The notes: generated by a model from the sequence alone, not told the origin. A DNA stretch of 64,000 nt from an uncultured Haloferula sp. (GCA_965652295.1 CBFGTS010000001.1:160001-224000), one strand, 5' to 3'. Positions 54,359 through 64,000 are shown, counted from the first letter of the stretch. Translations and numbers: made by a program.

Positions 54359-55132
54359 ATGTCGCCGGTGAGAATCTTCTGGGTATGGCTGATGGTGGTG
54401 TGCCTGTCCGCGCGGGGTGCGCAGGGCTGGAGGGATTTACCCGTCCCGCCGCCGCCAGCGAGCGGAATCCTGGATGATGCGCGGCTTTTCCAGACCGCAC
54501 CCGAGCGGCTCGCGGCGCTGGAACAGCGCGTGACCGGGCTCGCGCAACGGACCGGGCTGCCGGTTTTCGTGGTGTTTTATGACAGCCTGATCGGGCGCAC
54601 TCTGAGCGAGGAGGTCGTGCGCCTGCAGGACGCGTGGCTGGGCGATGAGGCCGGGGTGCTGCTGGCGGTGGAGACGGGGAGCGGACGGTATTGGCTGCTG
54701 TGGGCGGATGGGGATCCGGTGGCACCGCCGGAAAGTCCGATGGAGGTGCCGGTGCTGCGCAAAGGGGTCTTGCCGCCGCATGACCAGTTGATGATCGATC
54801 AACAAATCCAGGATCTGGGCCGGATGCGGACCGGCTCGGTGGACCACGCGGAGAAGATGGTCGGGGTGCTGGTCGATGGGATCGAGCGTTCTCTGGCGGC
54901 GGGCGAGAGTGATCGGGGCACGGCGCGCTGGACCGTGCTGGGGCTGGGAGTTCTCGGGCTCCTACTGGCGCTCGTGGTGGGCTGGGTTTTCACCTGCTGG
55001 ACGAAACGCGGCGAGGCGCGGGCGAGCGAACGCTACCTGTTTCCCGAGCTGCGGATCGAACGCCGCCTCGGAGCACCCTACGGGGCCGGGAAAGTCAGGG
55101 AGACGAGCTTTGCTTCCCCTTCTTCCGGATGA
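54359..55132 (+). CDS. TPM-domain-like membrane-anchored protein
   Basis: Signal peptide, 'ILDDARLF...L.QRTGLPVFVV', C-terminal TM. Confidence 0.6.
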   Translation: MSPVRIFWVWLMVVCLSARGAQGWRDLPVPPPPASGILDDARLFQTAPERLAALEQRVTGLAQRTGLPVFVVFYDSLIGRTLSEEVVRLQDAWLGDEAGVLLAVETGSGRYWLLWADGDPVAPPESPMEVPVLRKGVLPPHDQLMIDQQIQDLGRMRTGSVDHAEKMVGVLVDGIERSLAAGESDRGTARWTVLGLGVLGLLLALVVGWVFTCWTKRGEARASERYLFPELRIERRLGAPYGAGKVRETSFASPSSG

Positions 55133-55670
55133 TGAGCGGCCGGATCGGCAGGTGGTGGGGCAGCAGCGCGGAAAAAAGGTGCACGATGGGAAAGGCGGCG
55201 AGAGCCACGATGATTCCACTGACGAGGAAGCCGAGGATGAAGTCGGAGACATTGACCTCCATCATGGTGCTGCGGAACTGGAAATCGACTTCGCCGAGCT
55301 GTGGCATGGGCACGTGAAGGTGCTCGCGCAGCCAGCCGCCGAACTGGTGCTGGAGCGGCCGGATGATCGGTGAGGTGAAGGGGTTGGTGACGAGGGTCGA
55401 GCCGACGGCGAAAGGAATGTTCGCCCGGGCGCGGGCGGCGATGGTGGCGGCGGCGAGCGACTGCCCCGGAAGGGGCATCATGGCGAAGAACAGGCCGATC
55501 GAGAGGCCGTTGGCGACGGTGTCCCGGCATGGGTGCCAGAGCCGCCGGTCGGTGAGCGTGGCACGGATCGGTTTCCACCATTCCCGATGGCGCAGCCGCC
55601 GGTGACCGACGATCCGGTGCACCCGCCGAACGAGGCGGAGGTAGCGGATCTTCCACTTGCGGCTTTCCAT
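55095..55670 (-). CDS. DUF2062 family membrane protein
   Basis: LWHP.R.TVA.G.SIGLF.A.MP.PGQ...RANIP.A....VTNPFT. Confidence 0.85.
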   Translation of the reverse strand: MESRKWKIRYLRLVRRVHRIVGHRRLRHREWWKPIRATLTDRRLWHPCRDTVANGLSIGLFFAMMPLPGQSLAAATIAARARANIPFAVGSTLVTNPFTSPIIRPLQHQFGGWLREHLHVPMPQLGEVDFQFRSTMMEVNVSDFILGFLVSGIIVALAAFPIVHLFSALLPHHLPIRPLIIRKKGKQSSSP

Positions 55671-55754
55671 GGCGCGACCATGGCTCCGCGTTGGGTCGAA
55701 TCAATCGCAAATCCCTTGTCGGAAGCGGCGCTTTCTCCATGCTGCGCCCGCGTC

Positions 55755-56642
55755 ATGAACTGGATCGAAGCGTTGATTCTCGGCATCGTCGAAGGCCTGA
55801 CCGAGTATCTGCCGGTCAGTTCCACGGGGCATCTGATCGTGACCCAGCGGTTCATGTCGATCGGTCTGGAGGGCCGGGACAAGGCGGCGGCGGATTGTTT
55901 TGCGATCTGCATCCAGGCCGGAGCCATTCTGGCGGTGCTGGGTCTCTACTGGCCGCGGGTGCGGCAGATGTTCATGGGGCTCTCGGGCAGGGACAAGGAG
56001 GGGCTGAACCTGTTGTTCGCGCTCGTTGCCGGTTTTCTGCCTGCGGCGGTGATCGGGGTACTGGCGAACGACTGGATCGAGGCGCGGCTGTTCGGTCTGA
56101 AGCCGGTGGTGGCGGCGCTGTTTGTCGGGGGGGTGGCGATTCTTTTCGTCGACCGCTGGATGAAAAAGGGCGGCGGTGCCGCGGGCGTGGAGCTTTCAAA
56201 AATCACGCTCAAGATGGCGTTCCTGATCGGCCTGGCGCAGTGCGTGGCGATGTGGCCGGGGACGAGCCGCAGCCTGATGACCATTCTGGGCGGCGTGCTG
56301 ATTGGGCTGCGACTGAGTGCGGCGGTCGAGTTTTCCTTCCTGCTGGGCGTCGTCACTCTGACTGCGGCCACGGCCAAAAAAGCGGTGTGGCCGCTCGGGG
56401 GCTTCGGCGAGCGCTACGACTCGGCTTTTGGCGGCGCGCTGTTGATGTGGGACGACTATGGGCTGGTGCCCTTGGTGGTCGGCGTGGTGGCGGCCACGGT
56501 GGCTGCGGCGCTGGCGGTGAAATGGATGGTGGGCTACCTGAACCGGCACGGATTGGGGGTTTTCGGCTACTACCGGATCGCCCTGGCGTTGGTCATGGCG
56601 GGCATGATCGCCAGCGACTTCCACGGTTTTGGAGGGGCCTGA
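55755..56642 (+). CDS. uppP: Undecaprenyl-diphosphatase
   Basis: GIVEGLTEYLPVSSTGH, IQ.GAILA, Q..A..PGTSRS, EFSFLL, FG.YR. Confidence 0.95.
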   Translation: MNWIEALILGIVEGLTEYLPVSSTGHLIVTQRFMSIGLEGRDKAAADCFAICIQAGAILAVLGLYWPRVRQMFMGLSGRDKEGLNLLFALVAGFLPAAVIGVLANDWIEARLFGLKPVVAALFVGGVAILFVDRWMKKGGGAAGVELSKITLKMAFLIGLAQCVAMWPGTSRSLMTILGGVLIGLRLSAAVEFSFLLGVVTLTAATAKKAVWPLGGFGERYDSAFGGALLMWDDYGLVPLVVGVVAATVAAALAVKWMVGYLNRHGLGVFGYYRIALALVMAGMIASDFHGFGGA

Positions 56643-56685
56643 TTTCTCTTGCTCCGGGCCCGCCGGGGCACTGAACATGGCCGCG

Positions 56686-57348
56686 ATGTCGAGGAGGAAC
56701 CCACCTTTTTTCCTAATCCTGCGTGCGCTGATCGTCGCAGTGGGGATGGTGGGGATGGCCTTCGGACAGAAGTCGGTGCGGGTGGCGATCGCTGATGGGT
56801 TCGATTTTCCCGTCGGGCATCCCAATGCCGATGGCTATTACAAAGCCCGCGGATTACGTCTGCGGCCGCCGGTGCACTTCGGTGAGGATTGGAACGGGCG
56901 CGGCGGGGGGGATACCGACCTCGGCGACCCGATTTACGCGATGGGGAACGGCGTGGTGGTGTTCGCCTATGACGTGCGCGTCGGGTGGGGGAACGTCGTC
57001 ATCATCCGCCACGCCTACCGGGACCCGTCCACGGGGAAGGTGAAGCATTGCGATTCGCTATACGGGCACCTGCTGAAAATGTCCGTAAAGGTGGGCGAAC
57101 AGGTGAAACGGGGCCAGCAGATCGGCACTTTGGGATCAAACCGGGGAATGTACCCCGCGCACCTGCATTTCGAGATCCGGCACAACCTGAGCGTCGGGAT
57201 GCAGCGCGAAAGCGTCGGCCGGAATCTGGACAACTGGGCGGATCCGACGCAGTTCATCAACCGCTACCGGCGCCTGAACAAGGAGTGGGGGAAGCAGGCC
57301 GTGCCGATCGGCACCTTTCGGGAATACCGGGGATTCAAGGGTCTCTGA
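56686..57348 (+). CDS. M23 family metallopeptidase
   Basis: HFGED (HxxxD), WGNVVIIRH, YGHL, HLHFE. Confidence 0.9.
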   Translation: MSRRNPPFFLILRALIVAVGMVGMAFGQKSVRVAIADGFDFPVGHPNADGYYKARGLRLRPPVHFGEDWNGRGGGDTDLGDPIYAMGNGVVVFAYDVRVGWGNVVIIRHAYRDPSTGKVKHCDSLYGHLLKMSVKVGEQVKRGQQIGTLGSNRGMYPAHLHFEIRHNLSVGMQRESVGRNLDNWADPTQFINRYRRLNKEWGKQAVPIGTFREYRGFKGL

Positions 57349-57351
57349 GTC

Positions 57352-58011
57352 ATGGCCATCAAGGCGAAGACCGGGAGCTGGCAGGTGGTTCTGCTGCTGG
57401 TACTGGCAACGGGGCTGTGGGTGCTGGAACAATGGAATCCCGGTCTGTTGCAGAGTTGGCACGGCCGGGCGGTCGGTCCACCCGTTGGAACAACGTCCAG
57501 AGGAGAGGGCGAACCGGCGCGGGTCGGCGGCTATGAGCGGATCGATGGCTGCCGCTGGGTCGATCACCGGCAGAACGATGGCGACAGTTTCCGCCTTGAG
57601 CTGCCGGACGGGCGCGTGGTCCAGTTCCGGCTGTATTTCGTCGACACCCCGGAGAGCGCGTTCCGTCGGTACGGCGGAGGGCGCGACAACCACGACCGGA
57701 TCCGGGATCAGGCCCGGGATATGGGCGTGACGGATCAGCAGGCGGTGGAAATCGGCAAGGAAGCGAAACAGCGGGTCGAGGCGATGCTCCGCGGGCGGGA
57801 TGTGACGGTTTTCACCGCGTGGGACGATCCCTTCGGCGACCAGCGGTTCCATGCATTCGTGCTAACTCCGGATGGCGGTTGGTTGCATGAGTGGTTGGTA
57901 GTGAAAGGCTTGGCGAGGGTGCATACCAAGGGGGCGATGCTGCCGGATGGAACTAAACAAGGCGATCACAAGTCGAAATTGAAAGATCTGGAGAAGGCGG
58001 CTACGCGATAA
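57352..58011 (+). CDS. Thermonuclease (SNase-like) family protein
   Basis: DGDSF, RLYFVDTPE, LV..GLAR. N-terminal anchor. Confidence 0.85.
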   Translation: MAIKAKTGSWQVVLLLVLATGLWVLEQWNPGLLQSWHGRAVGPPVGTTSRGEGEPARVGGYERIDGCRWVDHRQNDGDSFRLELPDGRVVQFRLYFVDTPESAFRRYGGGRDNHDRIRDQARDMGVTDQQAVEIGKEAKQRVEAMLRGRDVTVFTAWDDPFGDQRFHAFVLTPDGGWLHEWLVVKGLARVHTKGAMLPDGTKQGDHKSKLKDLEKAATR

Positions 58012-58132
58012 CGTGGCTATTATGACGCAAAGTTTGAGTTGCGCCGGTCTGACATGAATGCTTCGTATGGCGTCTGCTCAAAACATTGGGGGTCCTGGCA
58101 TGACTTCCGCTTGGTTGGGCGATCCCTTCGAT

Positions 58133-58489
58133 ATGAAAAGTTATTTGTCCGTGTTTCTGGCTCTGAGCCTTTCGAGCGTGGTGGCAGCGGCTGTTGTGGA
58201 TTGTAAGGAACGCCGCACCGCGACGCTTTTCATTGCGAAGGCACCGGTAAAGCCCGAGACGCTGGGAGTGACCGTGGATGTTGTGTCCACGGCGTTGCCC
58301 TCCTTTTCTTTCGATAACCATACGATCACGCTCAGTGCGGCGGCGAATGGAACCAAGATGGAAGCGGAGGTTCTAAAGCTCCGGGCTCCGCTTTCGGTAC
58401 CTGGAATGTCTCCGGTGCCCGAGACCTCCGCCGCTTTGTTGGGTGGGATTGGCGTCTTGGCGTTGCTCCGGCGCTTCCGGCGGGCTTGA
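58133..58489 (+). CDS. Small PEP-CTERM-type surface protein
   Basis: Signal peptide plus C-terminal VPETSAALLGGIGVLALLRRFRRA. Confidence 0.8.
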   Translation: MKSYLSVFLALSLSSVVAAAVVDCKERRTATLFIAKAPVKPETLGVTVDVVSTALPSFSFDNHTITLSAAANGTKMEAEVLKLRAPLSVPGMSPVPETSAALLGGIGVLALLRRFRRA

Positions 58490-58496
58490 TTGGGGC

Positions 58497-59210
58497 GTGA
58501 GCAACGGATTGATTGAAGCATCGAGAGCGCTGACGGCGGCCCTCAAGCCTCTGAAGTTTTCCAAAGCAAGTCATGTCTACCTGCCGACCGATTACGCCCG
58601 CGTTCCCCATGAGGTCTATCTGCGGCGGTTCGGGTCAGGTAGGAAACGGGTCTTGTTTTTGGGGATGAATCCGGGTCCCTGGGGCATGGCCCAGACCGGG
58701 GTGCCGTTTGGTGAGATCCCTGCCGTCAGGGATTGGATGGGAATCGAGGAAACGGTGGAGAAACCTCGGTTAGAGCATCCGAAGCGCCCGATCGAGGGTT
58801 TCGCCTGCGCGAAGTCCGAGGTCAGCGGACGGAGGTTGTGGGGCTACTTCGCGGCGCGGTTTCCGAAAGCGGAGGATTTCTTCGCGGGCCATTTCGTGGC
58901 CAATTATTGTCCGCTGGTCTGGATGAGCGAAACCGGGGCGAACCTCACGCCGGACAAGCTGCCCTCGGTGGAGATGGAGCCGGTGGAGAAAGCCTGCATG
59001 CTCCATCTGGAACGGCTGGTCACGGTGATGGAGCCCGAGTTTCTGATCGGCGTGGGAGCCTACGCGGAAGGCAAGCTGCGGCTCGCGGCGGAGCGGGTGG
59101 GTTCGAAGGCGATCATCGGCAAGGTGCTGCATCCGTCCCCGGCGTCGCCGGCGGCCAACCGCGGCTGGGCGGAGGCGGCGGAAAAGCAACTGCTGGCGCT
59201 CGGGGTGTGA
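58497..59210 (+). CDS. SMUG1-family (family 3) uracil-DNA glycosylase
   Basis: GMNPGPWGMAQTGVPFG, SEVSGRRLW, NYCPL, HPSPASP.AN.GW. Confidence 0.9.
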   Translation: MSNGLIEASRALTAALKPLKFSKASHVYLPTDYARVPHEVYLRRFGSGRKRVLFLGMNPGPWGMAQTGVPFGEIPAVRDWMGIEETVEKPRLEHPKRPIEGFACAKSEVSGRRLWGYFAARFPKAEDFFAGHFVANYCPLVWMSETGANLTPDKLPSVEMEPVEKACMLHLERLVTVMEPEFLIGVGAYAEGKLRLAAERVGSKAIIGKVLHPSPASPAANRGWAEAAEKQLLALGV

Positions 59211-59297
59211 AGGCGGACGGGCGGTCTTGTGTGCCGAAACGAAGGAAGATTTTCCCTTGCCCCCCATGGTCCGGGCCGGGATACCTCCGCCCGAGCC

Positions 59298-60260
59298 ATG
59301 TCCGCCGATACCATCCTCACCACCGTCCGGCAGTATCTGGAGTTCGATCCGACGCAGCCGGTCACGCTGACGCCGATCGCGAAGGGTGCCTCGGGCCGGA
59401 CGATCGTGCGGGTGGTGACGGAGGAATATGAGCCGTTCATCGGGATCCACTGGACCGACGAGCGGCCGGACAATGATGCCTACCCGAAGGTCGCGCATTT
59501 TCTTGAGGAGAAAGCCGGCGTGAAGGTGGCCTCAATCCTGCATGAAAACCTCAAGTGGCGGGTGGCGCTGGTCGAGGATCTGGGCGATGACGACCTGCTT
59601 TCCTTGAAAGGACGGCCGTGGAAAGAGCGCGAACCCTATTACCGCTCGGCCTTCAAGCAGCTCGACAAGCTGTTCTACTGCCGCGCGGCCCGTGATGCGG
59701 AATTCAATCCTCCCTTCGATGCCTCGCTGTACCGCTGGGAGCAGGAATACTTTTTCGATCACTTCGTGGAGGGTCTGCTGGATCTGGATGCGGACGATCT
59801 CCGGGCGGCATCGGAGTTCACGGACCTAGCGGAGCGGCTGGGGGCCTCGGCCAAGCACCTGGTTCACCGCGATTTCCAGTCGCAGAACCTGATGCTGTGG
59901 GATGAGGAGGTTTACTGGATCGATTTCCAAGGCATGCGCAAGGGTCGGCAGGAATACGACCTGGCTTCGCTGATTTACGATCCCTACATGGATCACTCCG
60001 CGGACGACCGGCGGAGGCTGATGGACCTGTGGGAGGATATTTCCGAGGACCGTCCGGCGGAGCAGGTGTTCCGGGAATGTGCGGCGCAGCGTCTGATGCA
60101 GGCAATGGGTGCGTTCGGGAACATCATCCGGAACCGCAAGGACGAGTGGTACCGGCCGCACGTGCCGGTCGCGGCGAAATTCCTGATGGAGGTGACGGAG
60201 GGGATGCCGGTCGGGCCGCTGCTGAAACCGGTGCTGGAGAAGGCGGTAGCGGGCAAGTAG
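59298..60260 (+). CDS. Phosphotransferase, AmgK/APH-like (probable anomeric MurNAc/GlcNAc kinase)
   Basis: GAS.R, EDLGD, VHRDFQSQNLM, IDFQG, YDLASL..DPY, A.GAFG. Confidence 0.8.
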   Translation: MSADTILTTVRQYLEFDPTQPVTLTPIAKGASGRTIVRVVTEEYEPFIGIHWTDERPDNDAYPKVAHFLEEKAGVKVASILHENLKWRVALVEDLGDDDLLSLKGRPWKEREPYYRSAFKQLDKLFYCRAARDAEFNPPFDASLYRWEQEYFFDHFVEGLLDLDADDLRAASEFTDLAERLGASAKHLVHRDFQSQNLMLWDEEVYWIDFQGMRKGRQEYDLASLIYDPYMDHSADDRRRLMDLWEDISEDRPAEQVFRECAAQRLMQAMGAFGNIIRNRKDEWYRPHVPVAAKFLMEVTEGMPVGPLLKPVLEKAVAGK

Positions 60261-60308
60261 CAGGGAGCTTTCGCTTTCCTCTGCCGTGGCATCCGCTATC
60301 CGTCGGGG

Positions 60309-61664
60309 GTGATTCGGATCGAGCATCCCCGCTTGGCTGGTGTCGTCGCGGCTTTGGGCGCGGGGCTGCTGCTGCTCGCGGTCACGCCCTCGGTTCCGTG
60401 GCTGGAGAGAGCCGACCGTGCGGTGTTCTCGTGGCTGGCGGGGGGGGATCCCGAAGTCGAGGGAAGAGGCTCGGCAGCCGATCCGCGCAAGATCGCGGAG
60501 TATGCCCGGCCCGCGGAGCCGGAGCCGATGGCGCTGTTGACGCTGGAGGAAGATCCGGAGGGCTGGTTCGAATCGATGCCACCGCCGCCCTCCGACATCG
60601 CAGTGGTGCTGGCGCGCCTGCACGAGTCCGGCTTGAGGCATCTGGGGATCGGCTACCCGTTGCAGTGGGACGAGGCGGACACCTTGGCGATCCAGGCGAT
60701 GCGCGGGGTGATGGACCGCTATGACGGACTGGTGCTGGGCTTTCCCCTGAAGGATGCGACGGCCGGAGATCCGGTGGCGGCACCGTTTCTCCGGGCCTCG
60801 GTGGATGACGCGGAGGTGATCGGAGACGTCACCGAACTGCCGGTGGTGAACGCGATCCGCGGCGTGACCCCCGAGCTGGGAGGGCGGAACTCGCTGGCTG
60901 GATTTACCCGGCTGGAGAGCGAGAAGGACGAACAGGAGCGCACCTACCTGTTGGCGCGGTGGGGCGATCGGGTGGTGTTTTCGCTACCGCTGGCGTTGGA
61001 GATCGCGCGGCGCGGCGTGGCTTTCGAGGACGTGGAGATCGAGGTGGGGAAGGCCATCCGCATCGGCGACTCCGGCCCGCGGATTCCGATCGATTTCCGG
61101 GGCCGGGCGCGGCTTCCGGCGACCGCGGCGGAGGTGTCGGAAATCCCGCTGAGGGCGGTGATCGAGGAATCGCTGCCGGAGGATTTCGCGGCGCAGGACC
61201 GGCCGGTGATGATCGGTGACGCCCGGCTGCTCGGGCCGAAGGAGGACGTGGCGTGGGCTGCCGGTGTGGGAGCGGTGGACCGCTTGATCCGCACCGCGCC
61301 GGTGCGGACTGCGCTGCGCGAGGTGCCGCGGTTGAACGGGCTGGCGGAGCTGGGCTTGTTGATCGCGAGCGCGCTTTTCTGCGGGTGGATTCTGAAGGCG
61401 GGGATGATCGAGGTGCGGGTGGGCATCGCGGTGACGGCCATGCTCGCTTTGGGTGCGCTGGCGCTGGTGGTGATCCGCTATCTGGGTGTCACCCCGCCGT
61501 TGCTGGCGCTGCTCTGTCAGCCTCCGGTCGCCCTGCTGGCAGGAGAATACGCGCGGATTTCGACGCGGGTGGGAATCGTGACCGGCGGTGAAGAGCCGGT
61601 GGCCCCCGAACCGGTGCGGAAGAAGGAGGGCGGCAGGAAGCGGCGCAGGAAGCGGCGGCGTTGA
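60309..61664 (+). CDS. Membrane protein with CHASE2-like extracytoplasmic region and three C-terminal TMs
   Basis: N-terminal TM, about 300-aa soluble region ('IPIDFRGR'), three TMs, basic tail. CHASE2 likeness is from architecture only. Confidence 0.55.
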   Translation: MIRIEHPRLAGVVAALGAGLLLLAVTPSVPWLERADRAVFSWLAGGDPEVEGRGSAADPRKIAEYARPAEPEPMALLTLEEDPEGWFESMPPPPSDIAVVLARLHESGLRHLGIGYPLQWDEADTLAIQAMRGVMDRYDGLVLGFPLKDATAGDPVAAPFLRASVDDAEVIGDVTELPVVNAIRGVTPELGGRNSLAGFTRLESEKDEQERTYLLARWGDRVVFSLPLALEIARRGVAFEDVEIEVGKAIRIGDSGPRIPIDFRGRARLPATAAEVSEIPLRAVIEESLPEDFAAQDRPVMIGDARLLGPKEDVAWAAGVGAVDRLIRTAPVRTALREVPRLNGLAELGLLIASALFCGWILKAGMIEVRVGIAVTAMLALGALALVVIRYLGVTPPLLALLCQPPVALLAGEYARISTRVGIVTGGEEPVAPEPVRKKEGGRKRRRKRRR

Positions 61665-61719
61665 GCGTGGCTTGCGCTTTTCCTCCGGCGCAGGGCGGCT
61701 ATGGTCGCCGGACCAGACC

Positions 61720-62598
61720 ATGAGCCTCTACGAACCGACCAACAAAGCGCAGGCGCTGATCGAGGCGCTGCCCTACTTGCAGTCCTTCCGCGGAAAGACC
61801 TTTCTCATCAAGATGGGTGGCTCGGCGATGGAAGACCCGGAGCTGGTGCGGAAGGTGATGCGCGACATCGTGTTTCTCGAAGTGGCGGGGATCAATCCAG
61901 TCGTCGTCCATGGCGGCGGCAAGGCGATCTCGGCGGCGATGAAGACCGCCGGCCTTGAGGCCGAATTCGTCGGTGGACTGCGGCGCACCAGTGAGGAGGC
62001 GATCGGGATCGTGGAAAAGGTGCTCTCGAATGAGATCAATCCCGGTCTCGTCCAGATGATCCGCGAGTTCGGTGGGAAAGCCACGGGGATTCCCGGAACG
62101 GACGTGTTTCTTGGCGAAAAGATGCAGGTCAAGGGTGCCGACGGTGAAGCGGTGGACATCGGCCGTGTGGGCGAGGTGGTCGGCTGCAAGCTGGCCAACA
62201 TGGATCCCGCTTTCGAAGCCGGGATCGTGCCGGTGATTTCGCCTTTGGCGGCCGAGCTGGCGACGGGCAAGCCGCTCAACATCAATGCCGATCTGGCGGC
62301 AGCCGCGTTGGCGAAGGACCTCCGTGTTTCCAAGCTGGTTTACCTTTCCGATGTTCCCGGGGTGATGCGAGATCCCTCGTATCCGGATACCTTGATTCAT
62401 TCGATCAACCGCGAGGAAGCCGAGGCTTTGATCGCGGATGGCACCATCAATGGCGGGATGATTCCGAAGATCCGCAGCGCGCTGGATGCGCTCAACGCCG
62501 GCGTCCGCAAGGTGCATTTCATCGATGGCCGCTTGCCGCATGCGCTGCTGCTGGAGATCTTCACGGACGGCGGCGTGGGAACCGAGGTGACCTTGTGA
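61720..62598 (+). CDS. argB: Acetylglutamate kinase
   Basis: LIEALPY, IKMGGSAM, VVHGGG, GLR.T, NINAD, GGMIPKI, LLLEIFTD.G.GT. Confidence 0.96.
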   Translation: MSLYEPTNKAQALIEALPYLQSFRGKTFLIKMGGSAMEDPELVRKVMRDIVFLEVAGINPVVVHGGGKAISAAMKTAGLEAEFVGGLRRTSEEAIGIVEKVLSNEINPGLVQMIREFGGKATGIPGTDVFLGEKMQVKGADGEAVDIGRVGEVVGCKLANMDPAFEAGIVPVISPLAAELATGKPLNINADLAAAALAKDLRVSKLVYLSDVPGVMRDPSYPDTLIHSINREEAEALIADGTINGGMIPKIRSALDALNAGVRKVHFIDGRLPHALLLEIFTDGGVGTEVTL

Positions 62599-63134
62599 TG
62601 TTCGGCGAAATCGACGATCCGTTCGCCGCTCCCGGCGATGACCACTGGATGCGCCAGGCGCTGAGGGAGGCAGAGCGGGCGTATGAGGCGACCGAGGTGC
62701 CGATCGGCTGCGTGATCGTGCGGGAAGGTCGAGTGATCGGCCGCGCGTGGAATCAGGTGGAGACGCTGAAAGACGCCACCGCTCACGCGGAAATGCTGGC
62801 CCTGACGGCGGCGCAGCAGGCGCTGGGCGATTGGCGGCTGGAGGGCTGCACGCTCTATGTGACCAAGGAGCCATGCCCGATGTGCGCCGGGGCGATCGTC
62901 CACTGCCGGCCGGACCGGGTGGTGTTCGGCTGCCCGGATGACAAGGGCGGGGCGGCGGGAGGTTGGATCAATCTGCTCGATTCGAACCCACCGCTCAATC
63001 ATCGCTGCGAGGTGACGAGCGGGGTGCTGGGTGAGGAAAGCCTGGCGCTGTTGCAGGGTTTTTTCCGGGAGGCGAGGGCGAAAAAAAAGGCCCTGAGGGA
63101 TGGGGCGAAACTCCCGCCCGATGAGCCGGTGTGA
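62598..63134 (+). CDS. tadA: tRNA-specific adenosine deaminase
   Basis: EVPIG, TAHAEM, TKEPCPMCAGA, D.K.GA.G, LNH. Confidence 0.92.
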   Translation: MFGEIDDPFAAPGDDHWMRQALREAERAYEATEVPIGCVIVREGRVIGRAWNQVETLKDATAHAEMLALTAAQQALGDWRLEGCTLYVTKEPCPMCAGAIVHCRPDRVVFGCPDDKGGAAGGWINLLDSNPPLNHRCEVTSGVLGEESLALLQGFFREARAKKKALRDGAKLPPDEPV

Positions 63135-63145
63135 CCGAGGCTCGG

Positions 63146-63192
63146 GGAGCGCCGGCATCTTGCCGGCAGCTTTCGGCAGGATGCCGAAAGCT
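63146..63192. repeat. REP-like pair at the tadA/aminopeptidase junction
   Basis: GGAGCGCCGGCATCTTGCCGGC followed by AGCTTTCGGCAGGATGCCGAAAGCT. Confidence 0.6.
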
Positions 63193-64000
63193 CTTCTTTG
63201 CGTCGTCCCCTGCTTGCTGAGTTCGTGCAGCACCCTGGAATTCTACTCGCAGGCGGTCGCCGGCCAGCTCGACGTGATGAGCCGGACGCAGCCGAACGAA
63301 CGTGTCATCCGCCAGACGCGGGATCCGGAACTCCGGGAACGCCTGGAGTTGACCGCACGTCTGCTGGCATTTGCCGAGGCGGAGCTGAAGATGCCGTCCG
63401 GCGGGGCCTACGAACGCTACGCAGCGTTGGGCAGGGAGCATCTCGTGTGGGTGATCCACGCCGCGCCCGAGCTCTCGCTGGAGCCGAAGAAGTGGTGGTA
63501 TCCGGTAGTCGGCTGGCAGGCGTATCGCGGCTACTTCAGGGAGGATCTGGCGGAAAAGGAAACCGCCCGGCTGGAGGCGGAGGGCTATGAAGTGTGGTCG
63601 GGCGGAGTCGATGCGTTTTCCACGCTCGGTTGGTTCAAGGATCCGGTGCTGGACACCTTTGCCGATTACGAGGAGGTGGACTTCGCCGAGACGATCTTCC
63701 ACGAGCTGACCCATCGGAAATACTACATTCCTGGTACTACCGATGAGAACGAGGCTTTGGCCGAGGCCGTGGCCCGCGAGGGGGTGCGGCGGTGGTTCCG
63801 CCACACCGGCAGGCCGGAGCTGGTGGCGAAATACGACGAGCGGCTGCACAAGCTGGGCGAGGCCAGGGCGGCGATCGTTTCCACGGTGAACCGGCTGGAG
63901 AAAATCTACGGCAGCCCCCGTAGCGACGCCGAAAAGCGGGCGACGAAGAAGGGGGAGCTGGCGAATCTGCGGAATCGCCTGCTGGAGTTACGCACCCGCT
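63181..64000 (+). CDS. Putative zinc aminopeptidase lipoprotein (DUF2265-like), runs off the window
   Basis: My translation: MPKALLCVVPCLLSSC lipobox, WWYPVVG..AYRGYF, AFSTLGWF.DP, IFHELTH, NE..A. Not in the ORF track because there is no stop in the window. Alternative in-frame ATG at 63121. Confidence 0.85.
   Translation, partial: MPKALLCVVPCLLSSCSTLEFYSQAVAGQLDVMSRTQPNERVIRQTRDPELRERLELTARLLAFAEAELKMPSGGAYERYAALGREHLVWVIHAAPELSLEPKKWWYPVVGWQAYRGYFREDLAEKETARLEAEGYEVWSGGVDAFSTLGWFKDPVLDTFADYEEVDFAETIFHELTHRKYYIPGTTDENEALAEAVAREGVRRWFRHTGRPELVAKYDERLHKLGEARAAIVSTVNRLEKIYGSPRSDAEKRATKKGELANLRNRLLELRTR

Noticed and set aside
61617..61720. Poly-Arg tail (RKKEGGRKRRRKRRR) ending 55 nt upstream of argB, with a weak hairpin + U4 after the stop, as a possible built-in arginine sensor
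   Set aside because: The pairing geometry would give termination on starvation (wrong logic), the hairpin is weak, and basic tails after TM helices are common.
1..64000. CRISPR array, tRNA/rRNA, prophage, integrase or IS
   Set aside because: No regularly spaced repeats, cloverleaf/T-loop signatures or transposase/integrase ORFs found by eye. A tRNAscan/Infernal run would be needed to exclude them fully.

Overview
A high-GC (roughly two-thirds G+C by eye), gene-dense chromosomal segment, very probably from a Verrucomicrobiota bacterium (Luteolibacter/Haloferula-like). The taxonomic call is inferred from the PVC-type L28 insert, the N-terminally extended LepB, a PEP-CTERM protein, a TIGR02597-like domain and large secreted multidomain proteins. 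Most of the window is housekeeping: miaB, lepB, hisG, nuoA, ruvA, rpmB, kdsD, tilS, argF/argD/argB, purN, fdhD, alr, ileS-lspA, uppP and tadA. I see no rRNA, tRNA, CRISPR array, prophage or transposase. The most interesting items are: (1) an apparent copper/redox operon with an MbnP-MbnH fusion followed by a 2402-aa secreted protein that joins a copper-radical oxidase to a di-heme peroxidase-like domain; (2) a GH1 glycosidase carrying a circularly permuted family-3 solute-binding domain inside its barrel; (3) a leader-peptide/terminator/antiterminator arrangement upstream of DMT-argD-argF, i.e. a candidate arginine attenuator; (4) an unannotated structured RNA upstream of hisG; (5) REP-like palindromes translated into N-termini; (6) a frameshifted hicA and an internally deleted secreted-protein gene. 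All calls come from manual motif reading. No database search or folding program was run, and start codons are best estimates.
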